Origin: an uncultured virus (IMG/VR IMGVR_UViG_3300032304_000649)
Lineage: Duplodnaviria; Heunggongvirae; Uroviricota; Caudoviricetes
Length of the DNA: 64,000 nt
IMG/VR virus record: IMGVR_UViG_3300032304_000649
Reading direction: 5' to 3' (one strand)
Both the position numbers and the translations under genes were made by a program. Shown one piece after another: positions 18,060-27,129 of the stretch. The notes beneath the pieces were generated by a model. The model saw only the letters and a list, made by a program, of their open reading frames with translations. It had not been told where the DNA came from and did no database searches. Position 1 is the stretch's first letter. Each line of letters starts with the position of its first letter.

Positions 18060-18978
18060 ATTTATCGTAGGACAACTTACCCAATTCCACCTCAGTCAAT
18101 TTGAATGGTCTTACCAATCGATAGAGATCGTTTTGAATCCTTTTCGCAAGTAAATGAGTTTTGTATTCTACAACTTGCTTATACTCATCATTAACACGCA
18201 CATAAGACGAACTTCTGATCCTGTCTTTGTAGTTTTCCAATACCCCTAGCCAACTTTCACTTGGGTCTTGTTTAAACAGTTCCTCTTTTGGTATATTCGT
18301 GAGTGGATTACCACTTGACCATTTTTCAGTTTCAATAATGTTGATCATGGCTTTAGCGTAGTCTAAGAATGGCTTGATGTTTTGATTAGCCACCTTGGTC
18401 TGATCTTTATCTAAAGATCGCACATATTCCCTGTGAACTTGGTAAGGTCTAAAGTATGAATCACCTTTTCTTTTAATAAAAACCATATCACCCTTAGCCA
18501 TTGTGTAGTATTTTGTTAGTTCCTCGATTGTGTGGGCGATATACTTTTTACCTCTGTGGTTATGCACCCCAAATTCTTTTGGTAATTTGTAGTGATAAAA
18601 ATAAAGCATAGAGGGTGAGTTTAACCATTGTGGATTCATTGATCCATAACTGCCTGTTGGAGTGTGGATAATAATAGTTTCAGTATCGTAGCACATTCTA
18701 AATGTGATTGCCCTACAATGGTTGTCATGCTCTTTTTTGTCTTTGCTAACATACGCATAAGAATTGCAAGTTAAGTAATATTCCTCATCACTCACCTTAA
18801 TAACTCTATCCTGTGTTCGACCCCTTTCACCGACAGGGCGAATGTTTAAACACGCCCGCTTACCCCTGATCGGTTTTGTGTTTTCGTATAGTTCCTTGAC
18901 CTTATCAAAGGTTAGGTATTTGTTAGGGCTTTCACTCTGCACTTGATGTGATGACCTCATGCTATTCCAATGTCCCAT
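18043..18978 (-). CDS. Hypothetical early protein
   Basis: 311-aa ORF with AAAGG RBS. Confidence 0.7.
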   Translation of the reverse strand: MGHWNSMRSSHQVQSESPNKYLTFDKVKELYENTKPIRGKRACLNIRPVGERGRTQDRVIKVSDEEYYLTCNSYAYVSKDKKEHDNHCRAITFRMCYDTETIIIHTPTGSYGSMNPQWLNSPSMLYFYHYKLPKEFGVHNHRGKKYIAHTIEELTKYYTMAKGDMVFIKRKGDSYFRPYQVHREYVRSLDKDQTKVANQNIKPFLDYAKAMINIIETEKWSSGNPLTNIPKEELFKQDPSESWLGVLENYKDRIRSSSYVRVNDEYKQVVEYKTHLLAKRIQNDLYRLVRPFKLTEVELGKLSYDKYANWN

Positions 18979-19092
18979 TTTATTTGCCTTTCAATGCTTG
19001 TTTATAAGAATAAAACTCTAAAAATTTGCTGACTAATTGCGGGTGAAAAAGATATAGCCAATCCCACAATTCCTCGTTCATTTTTTCCTGAT

Positions 19093-20295
19093 TCATAAAT
19101 CCCCCATTTCAATATGAATTGTTGATCCCACATTGGGATTAGCATCTTTGTTATCAAGTATGCACCATAATACAGGGCAACTCCACTCACCCCATGAACA
19201 TACATAACCATCTGTAAACACAATGGCACACTCAGGCACGATATTGTTTTTGGTCATGTATTTGCCAATACAATCGGGATCAGTTCCACCACCACCTTTA
19301 GGCTTTGTGGATTGTGTCATTTTGTCGAACTCGTTTAAACCATATACCTCATGCCCCGCAACTCTTGTATCCCAATAAAGTAAATCGACCAATTCGGGGT
19401 TTACATTTTCCATCATGTTGGCAACTTCAGATATAAAACGATTCAATATGTAATCACTAATCGACCCTGATGTATCAATAGCGACCACAACTCGACCCAT
19501 TGTTTCACTTACGCTAGAGGGCATATAAATATCGTGTTGTAGCCATCTGCGGTTGGGTTTAGCCCATGTGCTATCGTCTTTGCCTTTGCATACTGCACTA
19601 ACGAACTCAGCAAGGGCGGTTTTCCAATCGACCTTGGCACTCATAAGATCAGTAAATGCTCTGTTTTGATTCCCGCCTACTTTACCCGCTAAGATTGCAC
19701 CTTGTCTAATGGCTTGATCAATCTCTTTGGCTAATTCTTTTTTCTCTTGCTCGGTTAGTTTTTCTGCGTTTTCCCAATCGTGGTGATCCATTGGTTTAAA
19801 CACACCACCCTCACCATTACCCTCGCCACCACCCCCACCACCTTGGTAGTCAGGCAACAATGCGAACACATCTGCGGTGCTTAAACCTCTAAACTTTTCG
19901 TCATATAACCCGCCCTCGGGCAACACGCAAAATGGTTTGCCATGATTGTCGAGATTTTGTTTACCCTCATCTACGATCTCAATGTTAATCACAAAATCAC
20001 AAGCCACATTGGTCTTGATTGGGTTGATCTTGGCTAAGTGTTTCCATGTATCTAAATGGCGATACATCTTGTGCTTTGCCTCATGCAAAATTAGCCCTCT
20101 TAGTTCGTTGTCGGTTAGCGAATCTATGAACTTGCGACCATACCAAATATCCCGCCCATTAGTTCTAGCGGTTGGCTCGTTGTCATCAATCTTGGTATCG
20201 CCCACCATAATAAGGTTTGTATATGCCACAAACCCACCATGCCTCATAATCTCAATGTGTGCTTTTTCAATGCGTTGTTCTGCGGTTAGTGCCAT
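19093..20295 (-). CDS. DUF2201-type metallopeptidase + vWA domain protein
   Basis: TARTNG..ILHEAKH (HExxH); VAIDTSGSI (MIDAS), GGGGT, FTDGY. Confidence 0.88.
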   Translation of the reverse strand: MALTAEQRIEKAHIEIMRHGGFVAYTNLIMVGDTKIDDNEPTARTNGRDIWYGRKFIDSLTDNELRGLILHEAKHKMYRHLDTWKHLAKINPIKTNVACDFVINIEIVDEGKQNLDNHGKPFCVLPEGGLYDEKFRGLSTADVFALLPDYQGGGGGGEGNGEGGVFKPMDHHDWENAEKLTEQEKKELAKEIDQAIRQGAILAGKVGGNQNRAFTDLMSAKVDWKTALAEFVSAVCKGKDDSTWAKPNRRWLQHDIYMPSSVSETMGRVVVAIDTSGSISDYILNRFISEVANMMENVNPELVDLLYWDTRVAGHEVYGLNEFDKMTQSTKPKGGGGTDPDCIGKYMTKNNIVPECAIVFTDGYVCSWGEWSCPVLWCILDNKDANPNVGSTIHIEMGDL

Positions 20296-20310
20296 GTTTA
20301 AACATTCCTT

Positions 20311-20733
20311 TCAATCTTCGGATTGGCAAAGCACTTCGTAAAATTCATTTTCTAAATCTTGAATTTCATCTTCGGTTAAATCTACATAACAAGGGGTTAG
20401 GTCATAATCCCACCCACTTCGTTCACCATCATTACCATCAAAAGTATAAGTGGCGATTATTTTCTTACCCTCTACATCTACCTCATAAAATTTTTGATAC
20501 GAGCCAAAAATTTGATCAATCAACAATGGGTCTTTAATCTTAGGCATAGTTTAAACATTGTCCTCATAGGTTAGGTATGGTTTGTATGGTTTGAGTGCTT
20601 TACCAAAAGCCATGAGCATTGGGTTAGCCTCGTCAATGAGTTTGGTTTTTTCCTCGATAGTCTTAACCAATCTCAACTTATATTGCATGGTGTTGGATAG
20701 ATCGAGTTCAATTTTGCTTTTTGGGTTTGGCAT
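20311..20733 (-). CDS. Two small early genes (20311-20547, 20551-20733)
   Basis: ORFs joined through a GTTTAAAC junction. Confidence 0.55.
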
Positions 20734-20884
20734 GGTTATTTTGCTTTCATTTGTTGGTCAATAAATGCTTGTGCCTCGTTGAGTTTGTCATTGAATCCAT
20801 ACATCTCAGCAAATTCCTGATCGGGTGCTAGGTCAATGGCTAAGTTCATAAGCATATCAATAATTTTAATTGCCTGATCCATGT

Positions 20885-21967
20885 TTAAACACTCCCAGAG
20901 AACATATAGTTATTATCGGTAGCCCACTTTACAAACTCTTTATTGGTTGCAACAATGGCTTTTTTCTGTGTTCTCATAGCACTCGTAGCAAATAAACCCT
21001 GTGATTCTTTGCTTAATCGATTCATGTATGTAAGCCACTTAGGTAATGTTTCCTTGTCGATCTGTTGAACTGCCGAATACACAAGCATACAAACTGCTGA
21101 GGGTGATTTGGGAATGGGTGCTTTTGTTGGCTCTTTAATAATGCTTTCCCAATCGGGCAACTGCTCTGACAACTGCACAATGGTCAATGTGTCATAGGTT
21201 GCACGATCCCCAATAGTGCCTTTAAGTGCGTGTCCGAGAATGTCGATCCCTAATGGCTTGACCTTTTTAATAATGTCGCTTGCCTTTGACAAACTGCGTG
21301 GTGTCGCAAAAGCGGGGCGGGGTGTGCGTGGATCATAGATATACTCATTGTCTTTTGGATTCGTATAATCTTCAAAACTCGCTAACATCTGCGGGAATTG
21401 CTTTACAGTCTGCAATATTTCGGGGGCTATATCGTTATCCAATGCAAAGTTTTCGAGCCATTCGTCAGCCGTTGGTTTACGCACCTTTACAACTGTTAGG
21501 CGGTTGCGTGCATGAGGGGGCAACATATCGCCTATACCCTCATTGGCTAGGTTAGTGGTTGCAAATACAATCGATCCATTCGGTAGTGAGTAAGTGCCTA
21601 GTTTGCGTTCTAGCATCAAGCGTAAACAAGCGTTCATTACTGCCTTACTTGCCTTGCCGATCTCATCAAGCATTAATACGATTGGTTTGTCATGGTGAAA
21701 ACCAAATTCCTCATTAGGAATAAATGAGCATACCTCTGCCCCGTTTAAACTACGGATCTTAGGCACTAGAAAATCGCCCACATCTTTGGTTGTCATATCA
21801 CCATAACAATAATGATATTTTTCCCCTAGTTTTGCTCTTAATGCGTGTAGGATTGATGATTTGCCAATACCCATCTCACCCTGAGCCAATACAGTCGTAT
21901 GCGTTCCTACTGCTTGGATAAGGTTCGTTGTATCCTGTAATGAAATGGTTTTATATAAGTTTGCCAT
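20885..21967 (-). CDS. MoxR-like AAA+ ATPase
   Basis: GEMGIGKS Walker A, LMLDE Walker B, FATTN, ATPRS. Confidence 0.88.
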   Translation of the reverse strand: MANLYKTISLQDTTNLIQAVGTHTTVLAQGEMGIGKSSILHALRAKLGEKYHYCYGDMTTKDVGDFLVPKIRSLNGAEVCSFIPNEEFGFHHDKPIVLMLDEIGKASKAVMNACLRLMLERKLGTYSLPNGSIVFATTNLANEGIGDMLPPHARNRLTVVKVRKPTADEWLENFALDNDIAPEILQTVKQFPQMLASFEDYTNPKDNEYIYDPRTPRPAFATPRSLSKASDIIKKVKPLGIDILGHALKGTIGDRATYDTLTIVQLSEQLPDWESIIKEPTKAPIPKSPSAVCMLVYSAVQQIDKETLPKWLTYMNRLSKESQGLFATSAMRTQKKAIVATNKEFVKWATDNNYMFSGSV

Positions 21968-22100
21968 ATGGCTTTGCCTTTCGTTTCGTGGTTGGTAATT
22001 TGATAATGCCTAATAATGTTAATAATGCTTTCATACGTTAAGAATAATGCCTAAAAATAAAATAAACAATATGGTCAATGCAATTTTTTCTAATAAAGTT

Positions 22101-24056
22101 TCATTGTTCATGTTTAAACGCACCCCCTCTTAGTATGTCTAAATAAATGTCATTGATCTTAAACACAATGTTGTCGATCACTTGCTTACCATATCTGTCG
22201 CACATCTTGTAATAAGTTTTATAGTCATCGTAATCTTTACCAATGTCGGCTATGGTTTGCACGATCTCATAAAACTGTGGCTCTGTGAGTGTCGGTCTAT
22301 GTTGGTCAATAATCACGATCTAACCCCTCGATCAGTTCATTTATGCGGGTGTGGTAAAGTTCGCCCACCCTTTCCAATTCCTCAGAATCAGCCCCATAAA
22401 TGTAAAGGGTTTCGTCTAGTATTGCCTGTGCCTCTTTCACATCATCACACACCCGCAAATCGTCTAGGATTTTATTAATTGGGTTAGCCATGTTTAAACA
22501 CTCCCTATAAGTTCGTTGTCCCAATAGCGTTTAACTGTGTAGCCTAATAATTCAATTTGGGTAGCCATTAAACTATTGACCCCCATATAAATTAAATTGC
22601 CACTTTCACAAAAAACCTCAAATCTAAACTTAGTCATGTTTAAACACTCCCCTATTCGGTTTCGGTTTCGAGTTCACTCGGATCAGTCGTATAGTCGCAA
22701 CTGTCGAGCCAATCATTAAACCCACATTGGTAAGCAATCGGGTCTAGTTCCTTTAACACTCTGCTAGGGTCAAACTCTATCCCCGCTATGTTTATGGGTG
22801 AGTAGAGTTCATCTAGCATCTCGTCATAAAGTTCATACGCTTTTGATTCGTCAATATATTCAATCATAATCTGCCTCTTTGGTTGTAATGGTTTACTGCC
22901 CCCGCTTGTATAGGCGGGTCTAGGTTGGTTTAGAAAATAGCCCCTTTCATTGGTTGGTTAGTCTGCTATGTCATCTCTTACAATAAAGCCAAAAGCAAAG
23001 GAAGTAAAGATTAGCCCCACTACGCATATGGCTATTGCTTTTTCTAGCACCACATAAAGACATAACACGAATATGGCGGTGAGTATGACTGTGGTGATGA
23101 TCAATGGTAAATTACGCATTTTTAGCCCTTTATTGTTTAAGTATTTCACAAATAAAACCCTGTTTTTCCATCTGATTAATTAAAATCTCGATCTCATGGT
23201 TTAGCATGGTGTCAAGGTTGAAAACCTTACTCACTTTTAAATCGTGCCTACTGCAAACCAATTCATATCCAAACATTTTTAATTGCCCCCTATGTTTAAA
23301 CATGGCGGGGTTTCCCCCGCCCTGTGGTTGATTAAATAAAACCTGTCAATTCGTCAAAGAATACCTGTGGCTTTTCTGTGGTTTTCTCTGTTGCGTGTCG
23401 ATCCGCTAACCATTGGTTAATGTGTCTGCTTGTGGTCTTAGACCACTTTTGAGATGTCCTGTAATAGTTCCCTGTATTCATCTCATAAAACGCAACAGGG
23501 GTTTTATAACTAAACAATAAATCCCCCATGGCTAGGGATAAAACATTTATATTTTTACTGATTGGATTAAGTTCGATTTTCATAATTTTAGTTCCTATGG
23601 TTAGTGTTTAAACATGGCGGGGGATAGCCCCGCCCTGTGGTTAGATTGTCGGTTTACCGAGTGCCTCGGCTAATTGGTTATAAACTGCGGTTTTACTGCC
23701 CTTGATCCCAAATTGTGCCTTGATGATCGAATAGGCGGTTTTGCCTCGGCTCATCTTTAGCCCTTTAATCTCCAATTTGAGCATGGATAGCAAGGTTAGA
23801 TTCCTGAAATGGTTTATTTGTTCGGGTGTGTTTAAAATCATGGTTTCATTCTCCTGTGGTGTGTTTAAACATTACTCAATAAATCATGCTCTACGCAATA
23901 ATCCCAAAATGCTAGGTCTAGTGCCTCTAAAATTCGGCTCTCTATTGGTAGGTCTGTTAAATCCTGAACATAAATAAATTTGTCCTGAGTTTGTGCGTAT
24001 TCTTTGGCATTGTCTAGGTTTAAAAATTGCTCTTTGTAGTAGGCTAAGGTTTTCAT
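22101..24056 (-). CDS. Array of small early genes (22101-22316, 22306-22491, 22652-22867, 22958-23149, 23332-23583, 23641-23841, 23865-24056)
   Basis: 60-85-aa ORFs with strong RBS, several separated by repeated hairpin modules. Confidence 0.6.
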
Positions 24057-24119
24057 GGTTTCGTTTTCCTATTGGTTGGGGTGTTTAAACATGGCGGGGG
24101 TTTGCCCCGCCCTGTGGTT
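23293..24119. repeat. Three ~38-bp intergenic repeats TGTTTAAACATGGCGGGG-loop-CCCCGCCCTGTGGTT (23293, 23605, 24082)
   Basis: Near-identical copies, each directly after a minus-strand stop codon. Confidence 0.9.
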
Positions 24120-24727
24120 TATTCCTCTGTGTCCTCATCATCTAAAGCAAAATCATGGCTCATCTCACCATGACCTAGAGGACAACGGGGGGTAGCCAAT
24201 TTGAGCCATTTACTACTTATCCGCATGGTGTAGCCACAATGGACACAATCACACTTATGTAAGCGGGTAGATTGCTTTTTATAGGTAGCGTTTAGGGTAG
24301 CGTGTGGATATTCGCCCTCATACTTAACCCATTGTAGAATCGCCTGTTTTAAACCCTCGGTTGCATTGGTTGAGGTAGGTTTGCCCTCTAAACCTACGGC
24401 ATAGGCACAATCAGCAAAAACCTTGTTATGACCCTCTTTATTGCCTACTGTGGCGTGGCAAAGTTCGTGAATCAAAACATCAATTACCCGCACCGAATCG
24501 GACAAACTCGGCACAATCACAATTTCAGTAGTGTTATCGCTAGACATTGAGGCGGGATAGCACTCACCCAATGTAAAACGCTTTTGGTGTTTTTTGGTAT
24601 GAATCCCGCCACTTGATTGTGAACATGAAAGCCTAATATTGGCGGGGATTGTGTAGCCCTTACTAGCAAAGTGAGGGCGGAGATATTTATTAGTAATGGT
24701 GTTTAGCCATTGTTCTCTATTGTTCAT
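24119..24727 (-). CDS. SprT-like metalloprotease, probable first early gene
   Basis: LIHELCHA..GHNKVF; C-terminal CxxC and C. Confidence 0.75.
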   Translation of the reverse strand: MNNREQWLNTITNKYLRPHFASKGYTIPANIRLSCSQSSGGIHTKKHQKRFTLGECYPASMSSDNTTEIVIVPSLSDSVRVIDVLIHELCHATVGNKEGHNKVFADCAYAVGLEGKPTSTNATEGLKQAILQWVKYEGEYPHATLNATYKKQSTRLHKCDCVHCGYTMRISSKWLKLATPRCPLGHGEMSHDFALDDEDTEE

Positions 24728-25181
24728 AATGTCTATTCCTTATAGGTTAGTGTTTAGTTAGTGTGATTGTTATTAACCTGTTTTTACTACTGCCTTTTCT
24801 CACCCTTGAACTTAATCCTAGTGTTTTCCCGCTAACCACAATCACACTATTAATACTAAACATATGGCATAGAAACGCAAGGTTTTTATTCGGTTTTATT
24901 CCACAATATGAGAAAAATTACAGTTGGCGGTTATAACTTTTAGTTATGGTTTCGGCTCTCTTTATACTTAGGGTTTACCCTTACAAAATCGAGATCGTGG
25001 GGCGGGTGATACCTACCCCTCATCTCACAATTAAACTCAATGGCGGGGCTATAAAGGGGCTTGCTGAGGCTTTTCATATTGTGAAATAGTGGGTAATCAC
25101 TAACTCGGCAAAATGCCGTTTTCTCGCCTCACCGCCACTTTGCCCCTCGCACCCGCATGGTTATTTATCTATATGCCTCAA

Positions 25182-25344
25182 TGCGTATATACGCACCTAC
25201 GCATATTGCACCGCAACATGATGCACCATATTGGTGCATTGTTTAAACGGGGCGGGCTGGTTATATGCGTATGTGCGTATATACGCAAGCACGCATATTG
25301 CACCGCAACATCATGCACCATATTGGTGCATTGTTTAAACGGGG
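25182..25344. repeat. Two 71-bp direct repeats (92-bp period) built from palindromes
   Basis: TGCGTATATACGCA..ACGCATATTGCACCGCAACAT.ATGCACCATATTGGTGCATTGTTTAAACGGGG at 25182 and 25274. Confidence 0.9.
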
Positions 25345-25534
25345 GTTATGTTGCACCGCACCAATGTTGCACCGCACCAATTAGGGGTTGCGTTTCACAA
25401 TGTGAAATCGCATCTCACAATGCGGAATAGGGGGCTTTTCCTAATTGTCGATACCCTTTTTTTAGACCCCCACCCCCCACGGCCCGGGGGCCCCACAGAA
25501 CGCAAGTTTGTATATTTTTGTAATTTTTTAAAAA

Positions 25535-25813
25535 AGAAGTTGGACAAGTCGGACAATTTTGAAAGAAGTTGGACAATTTTTTATTTAGCAAAATCATAGA
25601 CTTAATCGAAAAATTGTCCGACTTGTCCGACTTGTCCGACTTTATTTCACTTTTTTACTCACTTTAAAAAAAAGATAAATTTAATTGGTAGGGTAAAAGT
25701 TGCAAAGAAGTTGGACAAGTCGGACAAGTTGGACAATTTTTGAGTTAAGTATTTGATTGGATTAGAAAAAAAATTGTCCAACTTCCCAAATTTTTTTAAA
25801 TAAAGTCGGACAA
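25535..25813. repeat. Iteron array B, inverted copy of array A
   Basis: 25602-25662 is the exact reverse complement of 15102-15162; same 9-mer units. Confidence 0.9.
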
Positions 25814-25832
25814 TTTTTTATTTTTTAAAATG

Positions 25833-25862
25833 GGACGCAATGCCTAATTTTTTTGCATTAGT
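25833..25862 (+). promoter_or_regulatory. Late promoter variant GGACG-N15-TTGCATTAGT
   Basis: Same spacing as the other copies; heads the packaging operon. Confidence 0.75.
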
Positions 25863-25868
25863 TAGAAT

Positions 25869-26174
25869 ATGAACGATTACGCATACCAAATCCAAGGTGC
25901 GCTCGAAAGCGCATCGGGGAAGTTTCGTGGCCTCAGAGTGCTGGTATGTGATCTTCACAATTTTGAAAGCGTAGATATACCGGTCGAAGTGTTTGATAGA
26001 GAAACCGTAAAGTTTCTTGAGTATCGCCTAAAGTTAACCGAAACTATGGATATCAACCGCTTACCAATACCAATCCAAAACAAAATTCGAGCGCCGTTAG
26101 GGCGATGGCTGGACTTCTGGGTCCTCGAAAACTTCTATGGCAATACTAGCAAACCAAAAAGTACTAACCCTTGA
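25869..26174 (+). CDS. Hypothetical protein
   Basis: 101-aa ORF directly after the promoter. Confidence 0.65.
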   Translation: MNDYAYQIQGALESASGKFRGLRVLVCDLHNFESVDIPVEVFDRETVKFLEYRLKLTETMDINRLPIPIQNKIRAPLGRWLDFWVLENFYGNTSKPKSTNP

Positions 26175-27129
26175 CTATTGGAAGCCAGCAAGCAAACTGC
26201 GAGTTGGCGATTATATTTTTAACAAAGATGGACAAATTGTCCAGGTTAAATTAATCCAAGAGTACCGCGCCCAAACCTGCTATGAGGTGTTGTTTAACGA
26301 CTACCTTACTGCCGCTGGGGACGATAAGCTAGGATTTTTGGTAGAAACTCCAAAATACCGCCAAAGAATCTGTGAGTACCAGGGCAAGAAGAAGTTTAGG
26401 CGCCCATTAAAGTTTGTATCCGTGGATAAATTGGTAGATACCAACTTAAAAAACCACGCAAACAGGTTAATCTACTCAGTCCCAACCACAAAACCCTTAT
26501 CTCTTCCCAGGCAAGACCTGCCGGTAGAGCCATTTATCTTTGGATTTTGGTTTTTTAACCGACGAGCTAACCGAAGTATGGCAGCTCCCCGGGGCACGTT
26601 TAAGTTTGTGGAGCAAAAATTCAAAGACGCGGGCTACAAACTGGTAATTGGCAAGAAAATTAACACCGGCGAGCGTGAATTTGTGGTAAGTCCCAGTATT
26701 GAATCACAATTAGCGCCAAACATACCCGCAAAAATACCCGAAAACTACCTATTAGCCTCGGCAGAGCAACGAACCGAACTGTTGTGTGGTATACTGTATG
26801 CAAAATCAAGACAATATTCAAAAACAAAAGATCAATTTAGGTTTACGTCAATTAATTACGGGCTTATGTTACAGGTTCAGGGTCTTGTCGAATCGCTTGG
26901 CCATAGAACTAAGGTACAGTTTGATGACACTTACAGATATTACACGATTAGTTTTAAAAGCCGCACAAAGTTGGTTGAAAATCAGGTCTCGCCGCCCATA
27001 AAGGTGCACCAGGCGCGCAGATACATCACCAAAATAACACCGATTGCCGCGCAGATGTGCGTGCATATTGAGACAACCGGACAGGACAACAGCTTTCTCG
27101 TAGGAGAAGGGTTTATTTCATGCCATTAA
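26137..27129 (+). CDS. Free-standing intein-like protein (Hint + degenerate LAGLIDADG)
   Basis: AILANQKVLTLDYWK..LRVGDYIF..DG; PVEPFIFGFW; IPENYLLASAEQRTELLCGI; RYITKI..FLVGEGFISCH-stop. Confidence 0.8.
   Translation: MAILANQKVLTLDYWKPASKLRVGDYIFNKDGQIVQVKLIQEYRAQTCYEVLFNDYLTAAGDDKLGFLVETPKYRQRICEYQGKKKFRRPLKFVSVDKLVDTNLKNHANRLIYSVPTTKPLSLPRQDLPVEPFIFGFWFFNRRANRSMAAPRGTFKFVEQKFKDAGYKLVIGKKINTGEREFVVSPSIESQLAPNIPAKIPENYLLASAEQRTELLCGILYAKSRQYSKTKDQFRFTSINYGLMLQVQGLVESLGHRTKVQFDDTYRYYTISFKSRTKLVENQVSPPIKVHQARRYITKITPIAAQMCVHIETTGQDNSFLVGEGFISCH

Noticed and set aside
23293..24119. The three 38-bp repeats as a CRISPR array
   Set aside because: The intervening sequences are 270-440 bp and contain whole genes.
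25113..25430. 105-aa plus-strand ORF
   Set aside because: It lies over palindromic direct repeats, has no convincing RBS and is most likely non-coding.
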